A stretch of 63,929 nt of DNA, filler included, from Sluysia triapertura (Eukaryota): NCBI GenBank assembly GCA_046118255.1. It is 5 parts of 5 records of this genome, joined end to end, with 100 filler letters (N's around TTAATTAATTAA, not from the genome) between each part and the next. Parts side by side here need not be neighbours in the genome. Positions count along the whole stretch, not along the records: positions 1 to 13,246 come from JBJNIA010050672.1; 4 more parts are not named here. The stretch is one strand, 5' to 3'. A program made the translations under genes and the position numbers. Each line of letters opens with the position of its first letter. The first letter of the stretch is position 1. Below, piece after piece: positions 1-12,911 of this stretch. A model generated the notes under the pieces. The model searched no databases and was not told the DNA's origin. It worked only from the letters and a program-made list of their open reading frames with translations.

Positions 1-1149
1 TATTTATAATAGTAATAATTTTTATTTTAAAATAATTGATTTAATAAATTTTTACAATAAATAAATTTTATAATATTTTTATAAATTTTTTAACAATTAA
101 AAATTTCAAAAATTTAAAAATATAAATAAAAATTATATACATTCTTACAAACTTTTATTTTCATCCTGACATCATTACAAATAGTTCGAACTCAAGTACA
201 TAAGAGAAACAGATAAAATTTAAAATTAAGTCTACCGAATTTTAGTGCATAAGACCATAACATAACAACAACAAATAACATATTTATTTATAATATTAAC
301 TATTGCAAGTGTTTAAACTGAAAAAATTTAAACTTACACTTAAAAAATAATCTGAAGGTTAGCTCGCCTAATAGATACGACTTAAATCTGTAAAAAAACG
401 CACTCTACTAGGATTTTCGTAAAGTAATACGTCAGAGGAATCGCAAAAATCAAGAACGAACAAATCGCGTCTTATTAAAATTAGTCATTACTACTTTAAT
501 GCGAACGAATTATGAACTTAAATCAGCCTGTTATGGTCTGACGAAGTGTATAGTATTTTATATTAAAAGTAAAATATGTTATATGGAATATGTATTATCT
601 ACGATAAAAACATATATATAACAAAAATGATAAAATAACAATTATAATAATAATGATTTTAAAACATTAAGATTACTTCTTAGGTTTTAAAATTAACCTA
701 AACTTTTTACGGTCTAGGACAGTTGATAGATTTTAAGTGAGATTTTAGATGTCCTACCGTTTAAAGTTAGGATTATATTAATCTTAATTCAATTAATCTT
801 AATTCACATGTAAAAATAAGATTAGACGTGATTGTGGGGCGCTTTTGATTGAAAAGTGTTACTGAATTATATTTATTAATATTTAGTTTTATATTTTTAA
901 TATTAATCAATAAAAATTTAATTAAAACCAACAATTAGCGTTTAATTTTAACATTAAAAAACTACTAAATTTATAAATTAACAAACTAGGCTTATGGCCT
1001 TTAAAGAATAATACTTTAAAACCAACAAAATAAAACTTTTTTATTAAAAAAGATAAAATAGGAGAAAACACACATTAAAACGCTTATATCACTACAGTTG
1101 CGATTTAGAGAATAATCCTCAGTCAGAAATATAGTCACATTCGACAGTT

Positions 1150-1383
1150 TCAAATCTTCCAGAATCCTTGATACTCTCCATGTGATGATATGTTATAACG
1201 TTTTACAGCAGAACAGATTCTGTCAATACAGGATTCAATGATCCAGCTGCTACAGCTGGTACAATTAGAGACGGTAGTGATATTGTCAGGTTTGGATAGT
1301 TCATTGCAATTTTTGCATATGAAATTCTCGGCCGGCATATTATATTGTATACATAAGGCAATAAATAACAATGATATAAACAT
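1150..1383 (-). pseudogene. Ly6/CD59-like (three-finger) secreted protein, probably a truncated or decayed intronless copy
   Basis: Hydrophobic N-terminus MFISLLFIALC followed by CKNC..x14..CTSC..C..RIC, spacing reminiscent of flatworm Ly6 proteins. The terminal CCxxxxCN motif is missing, and a hydrophobic tail (ISVLMCVFSYFIFF) lies downstream in another frame. Confidence 0.4.
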
Positions 1384-1574
1384 TACGTGATTTAAATTTG
1401 TGGTTAATTACTATGAAAGACATGGTAAAATATTGATTTCTTTTTAATACAATTTATTTAATTTATTATTATTTTATATTTAGATGCAATAATTATATGT
1501 ATCCAACAAATTAAACCAAACTATTATTCATTCTTTTATTGTTAAAATCTATAAATATTTATATTTATAACATA

Positions 1575-2464
1575 TTTATAACATTTACTTAAATTTTCAA
1601 ATAACTTCCTAATAATATTAATAATGAACTTTGCTAATATTCAAAAGTTTCTTAAATTTAATCATTTGCTCATAATTTAATTTTACTTCATTTAAAATGC
1701 ATTTATCTCAGCTCTTTATTTTTCTTCCTTTATAGCCTTCAAATCATTCAGATAATAAAGTAGAATAAAATAGAAGGTGGTGACATCATAGTTGAAGGTG
1801 GAGAAGCAATTGTTGCATTTGTTGGTGTAGTTGGCGTAGCTACTGTTGTCATTGAAAATGGTGTTTTTAGACGTTTACGTGACAAAGGGCTTATTAGACG
1901 TTCCAGTGCTTTTTGCTTTCACTTTCAGATTCGGTAGTAAGATATTTTTCTAATAGGATATTGATCTTTTGATGTCGTAGAGTTTGTTGTATTGTTGGTA
2001 TATGTGGCAGATATTTCTGTGGTTGTTAATGATTCAACTGATTTATCATGAAGAATTGAAAGTTGACTGTTTTGATTCGATGAGATGACATGCTTCTGAT
2101 TCTGTGTATATGAACAAGATGAAAAGAAATAGACATTGAGGTAGGAATTTTCGAATTCAAACTATTATAATCTTCATTAGATACAGTATCTGTAGAACTA
2201 GAAAGAGTAGGATTCGAAATAGATGGCGAATTAGTGGAATTTGACACATTCCTTAAGTCGTTGTTTTACTTCGGAATATGACAATCTTGTATGGTCTCGT
2301 GACTGCTGCATTACCAATCCATTAGATACCGAACAAGTCCTATTAGTGTGATCAGTTGGCTGAGACGACATAGTTGTCGAATTAGATGAAGTAGGCATGA
2401 AATTTGATGAGGTTTTCATATTTTTTAATAAAAAATGATTGGTTTCATTATTTTTTGTATTCAT
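1575..2464 (-). pseudogene. Decayed intronless Ser/Thr-rich ORF with a coiled-coil-like C-terminus
   Basis: Overlapping ORFs 2231-2464 and 2026-2247 plus further frame-shifted coding-like pieces (KALERLISPLSRKRLKTPFSMTTVATPTTPTNATIASPPS). Multiple stops and frameshifts. Confidence 0.4.
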
Positions 2465-2744
2465 GTGAAGATTATGAATAACTTAATTCATTATTGATTG
2501 ATCTAGAATAACTGGAAATAACAATAAAATTCCGCTTATGTTGACAATTGTTCTTAATGTTGTTACTTTGTATCACAGTTTCCGAAGAAAAAAATACAAG
2601 AATAAGAAGAAAGGTTGATAATAAGGATAAAAGAAATATTAATGATAACAATAACGTAGTTATTATGTTTATTAATACTGGCATTGTTGGTGTTGATTCG
2701 AAATTTTATTATGAAATTTATTGTTAAAGTTTTTATAAAAGTTA

Positions 2745-2984
2745 TTATAAGAGTTATTATTTGATAATCATATTATATAACAATAATGACGATAATTATT
2801 ATATATATTGTTTAATACGATTTGAATTGTAATAATAATAACTGTAATTCATGATAATTATGTGCAATGATTATGTTTGTTTTTTGAATGAGTTTAGTAG
2901 TTTGTTTAATGATCTGTATATATGTGAAATGTTTGTATGTGATGAAGTGTGATGAATTTTATGAGATTTCCCCACAGGGTGCCA
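2745..2984 (-). repeat. Dispersed repeat (retroelement leader-like) starting with the PBS-like motif TGGCACCCTGTGGGGA
   Basis: Clear reverse-complement similarity to 39409-39632 over more than 200 bp. TGG-initiated motif at 2984-2969. Confidence 0.7.
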
Positions 2985-4889
2985 AGTTCCATTTCATGTT
3001 TCTTGCATTGTTTCATTTGTTTACTTCTTAATTTATTGGAACTTTAGAAATATTTTATTCTTGATTTCAGAACGTTTTTTCTTTTAAATCACTGAGATTA
3101 CTAAGATATATTAGTTTCATTTTATTTAATACGTTATTTTAAGATTATTGAATAATTTATTATAGATTTTAAATATAAAAATTAATTAATATTGTAATAC
3201 TACCTTTTGTAAAATGAGCACTATAATTATTATTATTATAAAATAATAATTAAAATATTTGGTCATAATGCAGGAACAAATCTACTATAAAATGAATTTA
3301 AGATGCAAAAAAATCAAATTAGAGAAAGTTAATGAAAAATTAAATAAAATGTATTAGAGAAGATTTAAATTTATAAATTTATTATTTAGATTAAGTGCAT
3401 ATTTGTGGAATATATATCTGTAGATTATTAGATTCTTAAAATTGGTTAACTATCTACACAAGCGAATCCGAAGAGTGAATTATAAGGATTTATTGGTGAG
3501 CACCGAATTATTAAATAGCTCAAATAATTCAAATTATAAATTTAAATTCTACACGTAAATTTTATACTACTATATATTTGTTTATTTAATTTAGAATAGA
3601 TAGAACTTTATAAATAATTTATCAGGGATTTTCGCCGCATCGAATCTAAGTCTGATTGAATTTAGACTTAAAATTGCATTTTCATTTTGCGCCAGAGACT
3701 AATACAAAAATCCATAGAATCGAAATAATACAAACATTTATAAAATTAAACCTACTAAACCTTAAAATAAATTATCTGTGATACAAAGAAAGAAATGTTT
3801 GTGTTTGTTTACCATTTTGGTGTTAGTGGAGATGTCTAGTTATAGAATTTATCTGATTTATTATTATTAATCATTATTAATTTCTTGACTTTGTTATCAA
3901 AATTTTTATCCTTTTTTAATGAAGATTACTTCCGTGCTTGACACTTAATACTAATAAATGAATCAACAAATAAGTGAATCGTAAAATACAAAATTGCGAA
4001 TAATCATATAGTGAACTTCGAATAGTTGTTGCAGGATATGTAGGTCTAACGCACTAGGCCATGCATGCCTGATAATAATTTCGAGTTTTAAATGATCTAC
4101 TATTACCATAAATTCCTTAAATTTTGAATTCCGATGTTCAAAACCTTTGACTCTCACAACCTTTCAAATGGCCTGCACATGACTCATTATGCAAACAATC
4201 TAAAACACTCGGATGCAATCTAAGTACGAAGTGATACTACGCAAATATCGTCATCACTTTACATTTGATACAAGTCATAACGTTAAAGTTATCTACATTT
4301 ACGTCGTCATTTATAAAATATTGTTGATCATGATGACACGATGTCACTCAGCCTTAGAAATCCGAATTTGAAATTTATCTGAAATGAAACGTCTTCATTG
4401 ATTTTTCAAAATTGTAATTTCAAATTTTTGCGTAATTCTAAAAATAGTACCAAGGCCAACTTCTATATTGTTCTTCATTAAATAAACAATTAGACATCTT
4501 TTTAAACAACATATTTACATTTTTAATTAAGCAATTTCTTTGTTTAAATCTGTGTAATTGACCGTATGTTTCATAAAATAGACATTTCTTGAGTTCTTTC
4601 ACGATCTTTAAAACAAAAACATATTAAAACATGAGTATAAGAATATAAATATGAGCCAAAGTGCAAAATGTTAACAGCGATACGATGACAGTGGAAGTTA
4701 TATTTATTGTAAAGGTTGAAGTGTGGTAACATTAGTATTATTAACTTAGAATTTAATTTTAATCGATGATTTTGTGACTTTATGGTTTTTGGAGTTGAAA
4801 TGTAGTGGTGAAAGTATGGGATTTGATGGGATGTTATATGATATTATAAGTGAAACGTGTTGTGGTATCTTGTGACAAAGTTTTCGTAT

Positions 4890-5144
4890 CGCCTGAGTCA
4901 CCACAATGTTTATTAAGGTAAATTTATTTTCATTGCACTTTAAACAAATTTATACATAAGTACTAAAAAAATTTGGAGTGAATCAATAAGTGAATCAATT
5001 GATAAGTTTGTTTAGTATTCTTTTAAGTACATTAAAATCTTAATAGACTGCCTTCGGTCAGATATAAGTCGTCTCTGTTAGGTGGACTCCGCTTCAGATA
5101 ATAAATCTTTTTGCGAAAGTTTTAATATAAAACACAGCACAACA
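4890..5144 (-). mobile_element. Short LTR-like segment (5144-4907, TGTT...AACA) followed by PBS-like TGGTGACTCAGGCG
   Basis: Inverted termini TGTT/AACA, a 3-nt gap, then a TGG motif at 4903-4890. The 5' part is shared with other dispersed copies (e.g. 55790-55897, 340-430). Confidence 0.55.
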
Positions 5145-5836
5145 AACAATGTGGTAGAGTATGGGAAATCATTATTACTTAAAGTAAATTAATATTTTCA
5201 GTTTCAATGTCGAAATATTTACAATTAACACAATTAACAATTAAAAACAATTAGCACATGTTATTTATAATTCTTGCAAAAAATCATTAAATTCTTACTA
5301 AACGATTTTCAAACGTCAGTTTAGACTGAATAATATTGAAAGTTTAACTTCCCAACTCATTATCTCACACACAATATCTCACATATAGTCTTAAAAACAA
5401 ATAAGAGTACTTCATCTAATCAACGATGAAACTGAAAAACCCTTCATCAAATTGAACCTGAAACAGTATATTAGAACAATATGTACATTGAAATTGACGC
5501 AGCTATGTTTCTCATAAAAACAAAGTTCTGAAAACAGAAAAACTAATTAACTCTTTCCATGTCGAAGAAAAGTTTTTTTGAAATTGTACATTGCTTTAAA
5601 GATTAAATGTAAAAAAAAATCACAAACAATAAAGTTCCAATCTCAGTGTAAGGTTTCCAAGTCTACAAAAAATCGATACATAATTAATGATTCAAACACC
5701 AAGGATAAACGAATTGGCATTTGCATTTTTCTAAATAGGTAAAAGTACATTTTTATAGAATGTACTCACTAAAAAAAATGTTTACAAAAATATAGTTGAC
5801 GAATAATGTTAATTATTATTATTATTTGAAACTTAC

Positions 5837-6293
5837 TTAATTTGAGATTCTATGTGCAAGAGAGCTGGTAATACAAATGTTAATGTTTTTCCAGTGCCGG
5901 TTTGCGCAATACCTATAAAATCTCGACCACCCATAATTGTTGGTAAACCAATACATTGTATAGGACTAGGTTTATCAAAACCAAATCCCTTGATAACATT
6001 AAGTAGATCAGGATGACGCCAAAATACTTCTGCGAAAGTGCGAATTGGTCGTGGTATTCCATTTCGAATCGGCATCAGTTCTACATCATCTTCATTAACA
6101 TCATCTTCATCTTTATTATGAAATTCTACTGTTTCACTTTTATCATTTTCATAACCAATTTTCATCATATAGGTTGTCATTTCTTTAATTAATATGTTAT
6201 TGTTTGAAAATAAAATTTGTTCTATTTCTAACTCAGTCAAATTTGTGATGTCTGGATGTTCTTCGTAAAAATTTTTATGAATAGGATATAAAT
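5837..6293 (-). CDS. DDX43: DDX43-like DEAD-box RNA helicase, exon with Q motif and motif I (copy B, continues past the window start)
   Basis: LYPIHKNFYEEHP...IPRPIRTFAEVF...GFDKPSPIQ...DFIGIAQTGTGKTL. Acceptor tttag before 6293, donor gtaagt after 5837. The pattern fits DDX43/DDX53 better than DDX5/17. Confidence 0.9.
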
Positions 6294-8136
6294 CTAAATA
6301 GGATATAATACTAGATTAGAATATAATTGAAAAATTTAACTCTTTGCCTGTTCCTTGAATAACATGAATATACGATAGTAAGCAATTCAAAATTTAAAAA
6401 TAATCGTAACCATTTATACATCATAATCTTGAAAATACTTTGGACAGTCAAAGAGTTAAACAATAACAAATATTTAAATATATCAAAATATACAATTATA
6501 AAAATTATAATGAATTATAAAAGCAATAATTCATTATCACTTTAACCAACAGTAGTATGGCTTGATGTTTACTCAACACCATACAAACTTTATTAATTTT
6601 AGTGATAAAAAAGATATACAACTATATTTATTTGTAAGAAAATTTTAATACATTATAATATACTAAAATTAATAATTTTACAATATTTCAATTATTTATT
6701 GAGTTAATAATTGTGAATTTAAAGAATAGATTAAAATTTGTATAACTTAAGCAAGAGTTTATAGAAAAGAATAGAGTAAGTTAATTTAAGGAAATTGCAA
6801 GTGTACTTATGCAGATTGCATTAAAAAATTTTTTCTTAATTGTAAAACGCTGACTTTAAGGAAAAGTAGTGACCCTCTATGATCTTTCGATTTTGTAAGA
6901 CGCGTTAATTTATTTTAGTATTTTATCTGTAATTGCATCCTCGTCTAGACGTAAATCGAGGATGTACAGACGGACCCATTTACTTAAAATTATAATTGTT
7001 GGTTTTTATATAGGAAAAACGAACATGTATTTATTAGCCACGTTTCTACTCACCAAATTAGTCGCAATTACCTAAATTAATCATACCATTCAAACATTAC
7101 TTAATACATCATTAACCAGCGATTTACCACGCTTTTCTTACTCAGATTTTAGAACAATGTAATCACACAAATTTAGAAAGCAATTCAGAATTTAATTACA
7201 AAGCACTTAAATCCATTATTTTTCAGGTTCTATGAATAAGAGTAAAAACTAATGTAAAGAAAGAGCATAAGAACAAATAAGATTTTCAACAAATATTTTT
7301 AAGACGAGTTAATTTTAAAATCTTCAAACATTTCATTCTATTCATCTTATTCCACTACTTTTTGTGTTGTTTTGCATATAATCTTTTTAATGTTACTCAA
7401 GAACAAAATTAGGTTTAAGAATTAAGGAAAAGTAGTATTTTAAGAATTTGTCTTTTATGTTTATTTTTATTTCATTTTATTGTTCTATTTATTTTTTATT
7501 TTATTTTAGTATTATTAATTTTATTTTATTATTATTGGTATTATTATTACTGACATTATTATGATTGTCATTTTATTATTAACTATTACCACTATTATTA
7601 TCATCGTCATTATTGATACTAAAATTTTAATTAGTCACTGTCAATATTGATAGTTTGAATTATTCTAACTTTAATGAGACTATGTAGATACTACTACTAC
7701 CACTAGAAATTATTATTTTGTGGCTTCATTTAATCAACAATTAACTAACCACTCTTTATTGGCCACCCGATTGCATACATATTTTAATATTATTAACACA
7801 ATTATTTATTTAGTCACACACAATTATTGTATTCTCAATAAATTTTTAGTCAATAGAAGCAAATACAAATTGAACCGAAACATAATTCTGTCACAATTAT
7901 TTTTGTAGTTAAATAATATTTTTTTGTTGAAGCTCCACAATTTATGATCAATTAATATTGTAGAATTTGAAAATTATTTTTGAAAGTTAAAAAACATTAA
8001 ATAAGTTTTAATTCGTCGTTTTTAGAAACAATTTAATACAAAAAGAAGTAAACGTTAATGAAGTCGAAAGAGATTTAGTTGAAGATGAGCTTTTGTTGAT
8101 GAAAAGTGATTTAGTTCCAGATAATGTTAATTATGA

Positions 8137-8550
8137 TATCATCCCAATTCGAAAATCGATTTAGTTAGTCCATGTGATCGAATCAATCAATTTTTAAGTT
8201 TTATTTCTGATGAAACTATATCGAATTGTATTATTAGTATCGACAAATTATTCAATTACAAACCTGACGTTTCTTATACTTCTTATAATGAAAATACGAT
8301 ATATTGGTCAAGTAAAATAGACATTCAGTACACGTTCATCCAAAAAAAACATCTTTTGTTTTACTACAAAACACACCAATTTTTGTATGGTACCACCCGA
8401 AATGATCAATGCGAGAAATACGGAGAAAACTACACTTATGCTCATTTCCTATACGAACTACATTCGGTCTCCTCTATTAATGAGGACTTTTTTAAAGTAA
8501 AGTATGCTTTTATTATACAACAATTGACGTTGACAATGATTATATTTTAG
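8137..8550 (+). other. Orphan stop-free frame (138 codons), antisense in the helicase intron; probable mobile-element relic
   Basis: Frame open from 8137 to TAG at 8548-8550 in a very AT-rich context. No recognisable motif. Confidence 0.3.
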
Positions 8551-10681
8551 TGTTTTTTTCAGGATAAATTAAGAGATGATCGTAGCATATCCAAACATTA
8601 TTAAACAAATCTTAGTATTTGTTCAATTTATGTAATTAATAAATGTATCGAGTATTGTTTTAACCTTTCCTTAAAGAAATCTAATAAATTTATTAATTTA
8701 ACAGAAATAATCGTAATACTCCAAAATAAAGATATAGAAAAGGAATCAGTGGTGAAGAACAATAGATTAATGAAGAAAAATCTTAATTAACTTAATTTAA
8801 AAAAAGGAAGTTTTGTGAATGACCTTTGAATGTGGAATGCTACGACCAAGTTGTGATTGTGTGTGTTTGTTTCATAATGATCTTTCGAATAATTTAAGGT
8901 GTGAACGAGTGTATCCAAGAAAAGCCTTAATATTCTGCAAAGTCAAATTTTAATTAATTCTCAATTATAGAATGTTGAATTTTTCGTATTCAGAATGGTA
9001 AAGGATAATGAATTGAATACGAAACGATTGCTGTGAAAGAAGAATTTGAAATGTAACGGTTTGTTTGAGAATGAGAACTTTGAACATTTCCCATTAGAAA
9101 TTGGGTGTGAAAAAATGTAAATCAATTGAATCTAAAAACCTAAGTTAAATTCATTATTTTGTACTTTAACAATATTGATGATTATTATTTTAATGTAAAA
9201 ATTAATTTAAGTTAAAGTAGATCGAGTAGAATAAAAGAAAATAATGGTTGATTATTAATCAATTTTTTGTGTTCCGTACCTAATAAAGTTTGACAGGCCT
9301 TTCAATGTAAGTGTCAGTCTAATCTTCAAAAGAAGTTTGATTGTGGAACTCAGAAATTAATGGGTAATGAAAAAGTATAAAATGTAAGAGTTTAAAATTT
9401 ACAACAAGGTGAAATTTTACATTACTTTATAATTTTTAAATAGTTTTTAAGGAATCCTTCTTTTACTCGATATTATAATGTTAAAAATAATTTTTTGAGA
9501 GATCCCTTTTAATTTGTATTTTAGAATGTGTTTAAAATTATTTTTGGGAAATCCCATGTTAATTTTTATGTTAGAGGGAAATTGAATTTTAAACGATTCG
9601 GGAAATCCCCTTTTCAGTTTTGTTATTTGATATTTATTCCTAAATTTTTGGTTGCATCAACCTCAGTTTGTCGAGTGATGTCATATTATAGTATTATATA
9701 AAGGTTGATTGTTAATTGTTCAATAGTTATAAAAGCGTGATTTAGTTTTCATAAATAATAAATTGATTCATTATAAAGAAAAAGCGTTCATCGAAAAAAA
9801 TTTACATTTGCAATTTTAGTTAGTTTAAATGTCAAGTGTGGTATGATTAATGCGTGAATCATTAAACGGAAACATAACTTCAATCAGAAACTATACGAAA
9901 CAGCAGAGGCAACAAAGGAAAATATTTGCTCCATTAAATTTATATATATTGAAGTGCATACGTAAATTAAACAAAGCTGATAGAATATTTTTTGAAATTA
10001 ACATCCAATGTATCATAAGCAAAATTTAGTCGAAATTAATGACATTACTTTGACGAATATGTACCTATGTAGAAGATTTAGTTATAACATAATCAAAAGA
10101 ATGTATTATATGTGCAGTTTAAATAGATTTAAGACTACATTTCATTGGTACTTACTAAACAAATTTAAATTCAATTTTACAAGTGCATCATAAAGAGCAA
10201 GAAAATAGATAATTCGAATTTATCATTATATTGGCAACATACGAAAAAATGATATGTAGCAAACAATATTTTAATCACAAAGCATTACTTCTGGTTCAAT
10301 ACTAGCAAATCAATAACGCTTTTGTATCACTAAGTAATAGATAAGTAATATTTATTTATCCATACCAAAATACAAAATTATGTATTTCGGGAAATTTTTT
10401 TAAAATTTAAAAAAACGTATTCGACAAAGTAACTGTCACACTATGTACACACCTTGTGTCAATCATGATGTGTGAGATGAAACTAATATACTAAATACAG
10501 AAACTATACTTGGAAACCTTTACCGGAATCCATGACAAAAGATACCTCAAAATTAAAATAGTCGTTACTTTATAATTTTATTAGGTAAAAGCTTTTGTTA
10601 ATTATATATTTTTAAAACTAATAAAAATTGATGTTTTATATTAGAAAATTGTGTAATTAGAAATATAATTAAAAAACCTAC

Positions 10682-11067
10682 TTCGGTCTTTATTGTCAAT
10701 GATATATGGATGCACTCGTCGCTTATAGGTATAATTCGTATTTGAAACAGCTGTGGCAATTGTACTTGTGTTAACCACAGAATCAACAATAGGTTTATCA
10801 AAGTAACCATTAGTAACTGCAACATTATCAGTTGATTGAGGTGAATTATCAATATTCGTGGACACATTAATAACCGAATTATCAATTTTAATATCAGTAT
10901 CTAAATCTTTAGTACGTGATACTTCTAAATTTTCACATTTTCTCTTTGAAATCGTTTCATCCAAATTTATTTGAGCAACTGAATCGAACTGATTGTTCGT
11001 TAAAGTTTTATCTTCTTTATTCCAACCACCCCAATCTTCGTCAGATGACTCTTCGAAATATTTTTTT
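10682..11067 (-). CDS. Probable N-terminal low-complexity exon of DDX43-like copy B
   Basis: Open frame KKYFEESSDEDWGGWNK...YIIDNKDR bounded by ttttataag and gtaggt. Its phase-1 end fits the phase-1 start of exon 6293. Start codon not located. Confidence 0.6.
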
Positions 11068-12556
11068 CTTATAAAATAAATAATCGAAATTAAATTACAT
11101 AGAATATAAGCTTATACTTAGTAGGTAGCTGAATTATACGCGAAATAAAGTCAGTATCAAAATTAAGGTTTCATTTAAAATATAGATTATAACCTTACTG
11201 TTTAGGAAGATGAAATTAAAAATTACACTTAATATAAAAAGCAGCTTTTTTGTTATTAAATTTTTAACTCAAAGAAACGAATAATGTACTTATAACAATA
11301 GAAATAATACATTTCATTTTAAAATATATCTCAATTTTTAAGTCACTGAAATTGGCAAACTTTGACATGCAACAAATATTAGACTAATAACTATATAATA
11401 TATATCAAAAATATTTTATTTACTGTAACGACTATTGCGGTACTTAACAATTTAATGGAATCAGATACTCTTAGACTGAAGGAAGCAATTGTTATAAAAC
11501 GCAATAATATTGATTCAAATTTTTATTTAAATCTCGTATTGATTTTATTTTTCTGGTAGGAAAGTGTCTACTATTAAAACTCTAACTATAAAATGTAATA
11601 TTAAGCTCAATTCCGTTAAAATTTTGTATGTTTACAAGAAAGTTTTCAGAAATTTTCAATTTTCATGCAGGATATCAAAATTGCTTAGATTCGAGATGTT
11701 CAGCAACGTTTAAAATGCTCAAAGGGATCTTTTTTAATGAAAAGATGGAAATACTCAAATTATATTCATTAAATGATGTAAATTATAATTCTTTAATACA
11801 CACCCAAAAACATTAATGGGGTTTAATAAAACAGTTTTTGTTTGATATAGTCACTTAATTAAACTCACTCAAAATAAGTGCTGGTGCATATTGAAATTTA
11901 TGCCTTTCTCAAAAGGCCTATAAACACGAATACACATTTAAACTTCTGAAATACATATACATATATAACCTAATATTAATGGAAATAAAAATTTAGTACG
12001 TAATAGTCTTAAAATTTCCATCGTCATAAAAGAGATTAAATCTTAAATAATATGAAGCAGCTTTTTCATGTGAACATTTCGGTAATATAAAAATTTTATT
12101 TGAAATCCAATTTAATAAGTATCTTCGGTCACAATTATTTTGTCAAAGTTTAAGCTTATTAACACATTAATCTCTTATACAACTATTACGATACGTGAAG
12201 TTTTACCATATGGAATCAATATTTTTTAATTTTACAAATTCACTAAAATTTACCACATATATATATGGATATTATATATATACATATATATGCTTAAAAT
12301 TAATTTTACAGTTTAGCTTTAATGTAAATAATTTATTTTGAAATATCAAAGTTTAAATTATTAATCACAAAATTATTAGGATTAAATATTTTTAATCAAT
12401 TGTAAATAACTTCATTTTATTAAATTTTGGAAGGGATCGAAATATTAATATAATTAATAACCTCCAAAGAAATCAAAAACAAAGTCACACAACATGAATA
12501 TAATTATTCGAACTAAATGCAGCCATAATTTTTATTAAATTACAAGTTTAGTTAAA

Positions 12557-12911
12557 CTACCACATATCGTCGTCCAACTTTGCTTCTGATAACTTTGGTT
12601 TATTAAAATACCTGCTATCATTAGAAACATCAGTGTCGGCACGATCAAAATGTTTAGGAAATCCTCCATAACCTCCGGTTCTTCTTGATTCATCACGATC
12701 TCGATCACCAAAACCACCACCACGTCGACCTCTACCTCCACCACGACCTCCAAATCGACCTCCCCCATTAATACGAAAGTCTTGATGTTGTTTTACCAGT
12801 TGAGGTATAAATGATGGAACATCTTGATTAGCATCCTCGAGTATTTTTATTAATTCAGTTGCATTCTTTGCATCACTACTATTCATAAAAGTATATGACT
12901 CACCAGTTCGT
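12557..12911 (-). CDS. DEAD-box helicase (DDX43/DDX5-like) terminal exon with RGG-rich tail (copy A)
   Basis: (G)RTGESYTFMNSSDAKNATELIKILEDANQDVP is the segment following motif VI, then GGRFGGRGGGRGRRGG and a TAG stop. Acceptor tttag before 12911. Confidence 0.85.

Noticed and set aside
525-560. CTGACGA as a hammerhead ribozyme core
   Set aside because: No properly placed stem II, GAAA or cleavage triplet.
11264-11317. MKCIISIVISTLFVSLS as a first exon or signal peptide of the helicase
   Set aside because: I found no convincing phase-compatible splice path, and hydrophobic micro-ORFs are common at this AT content.
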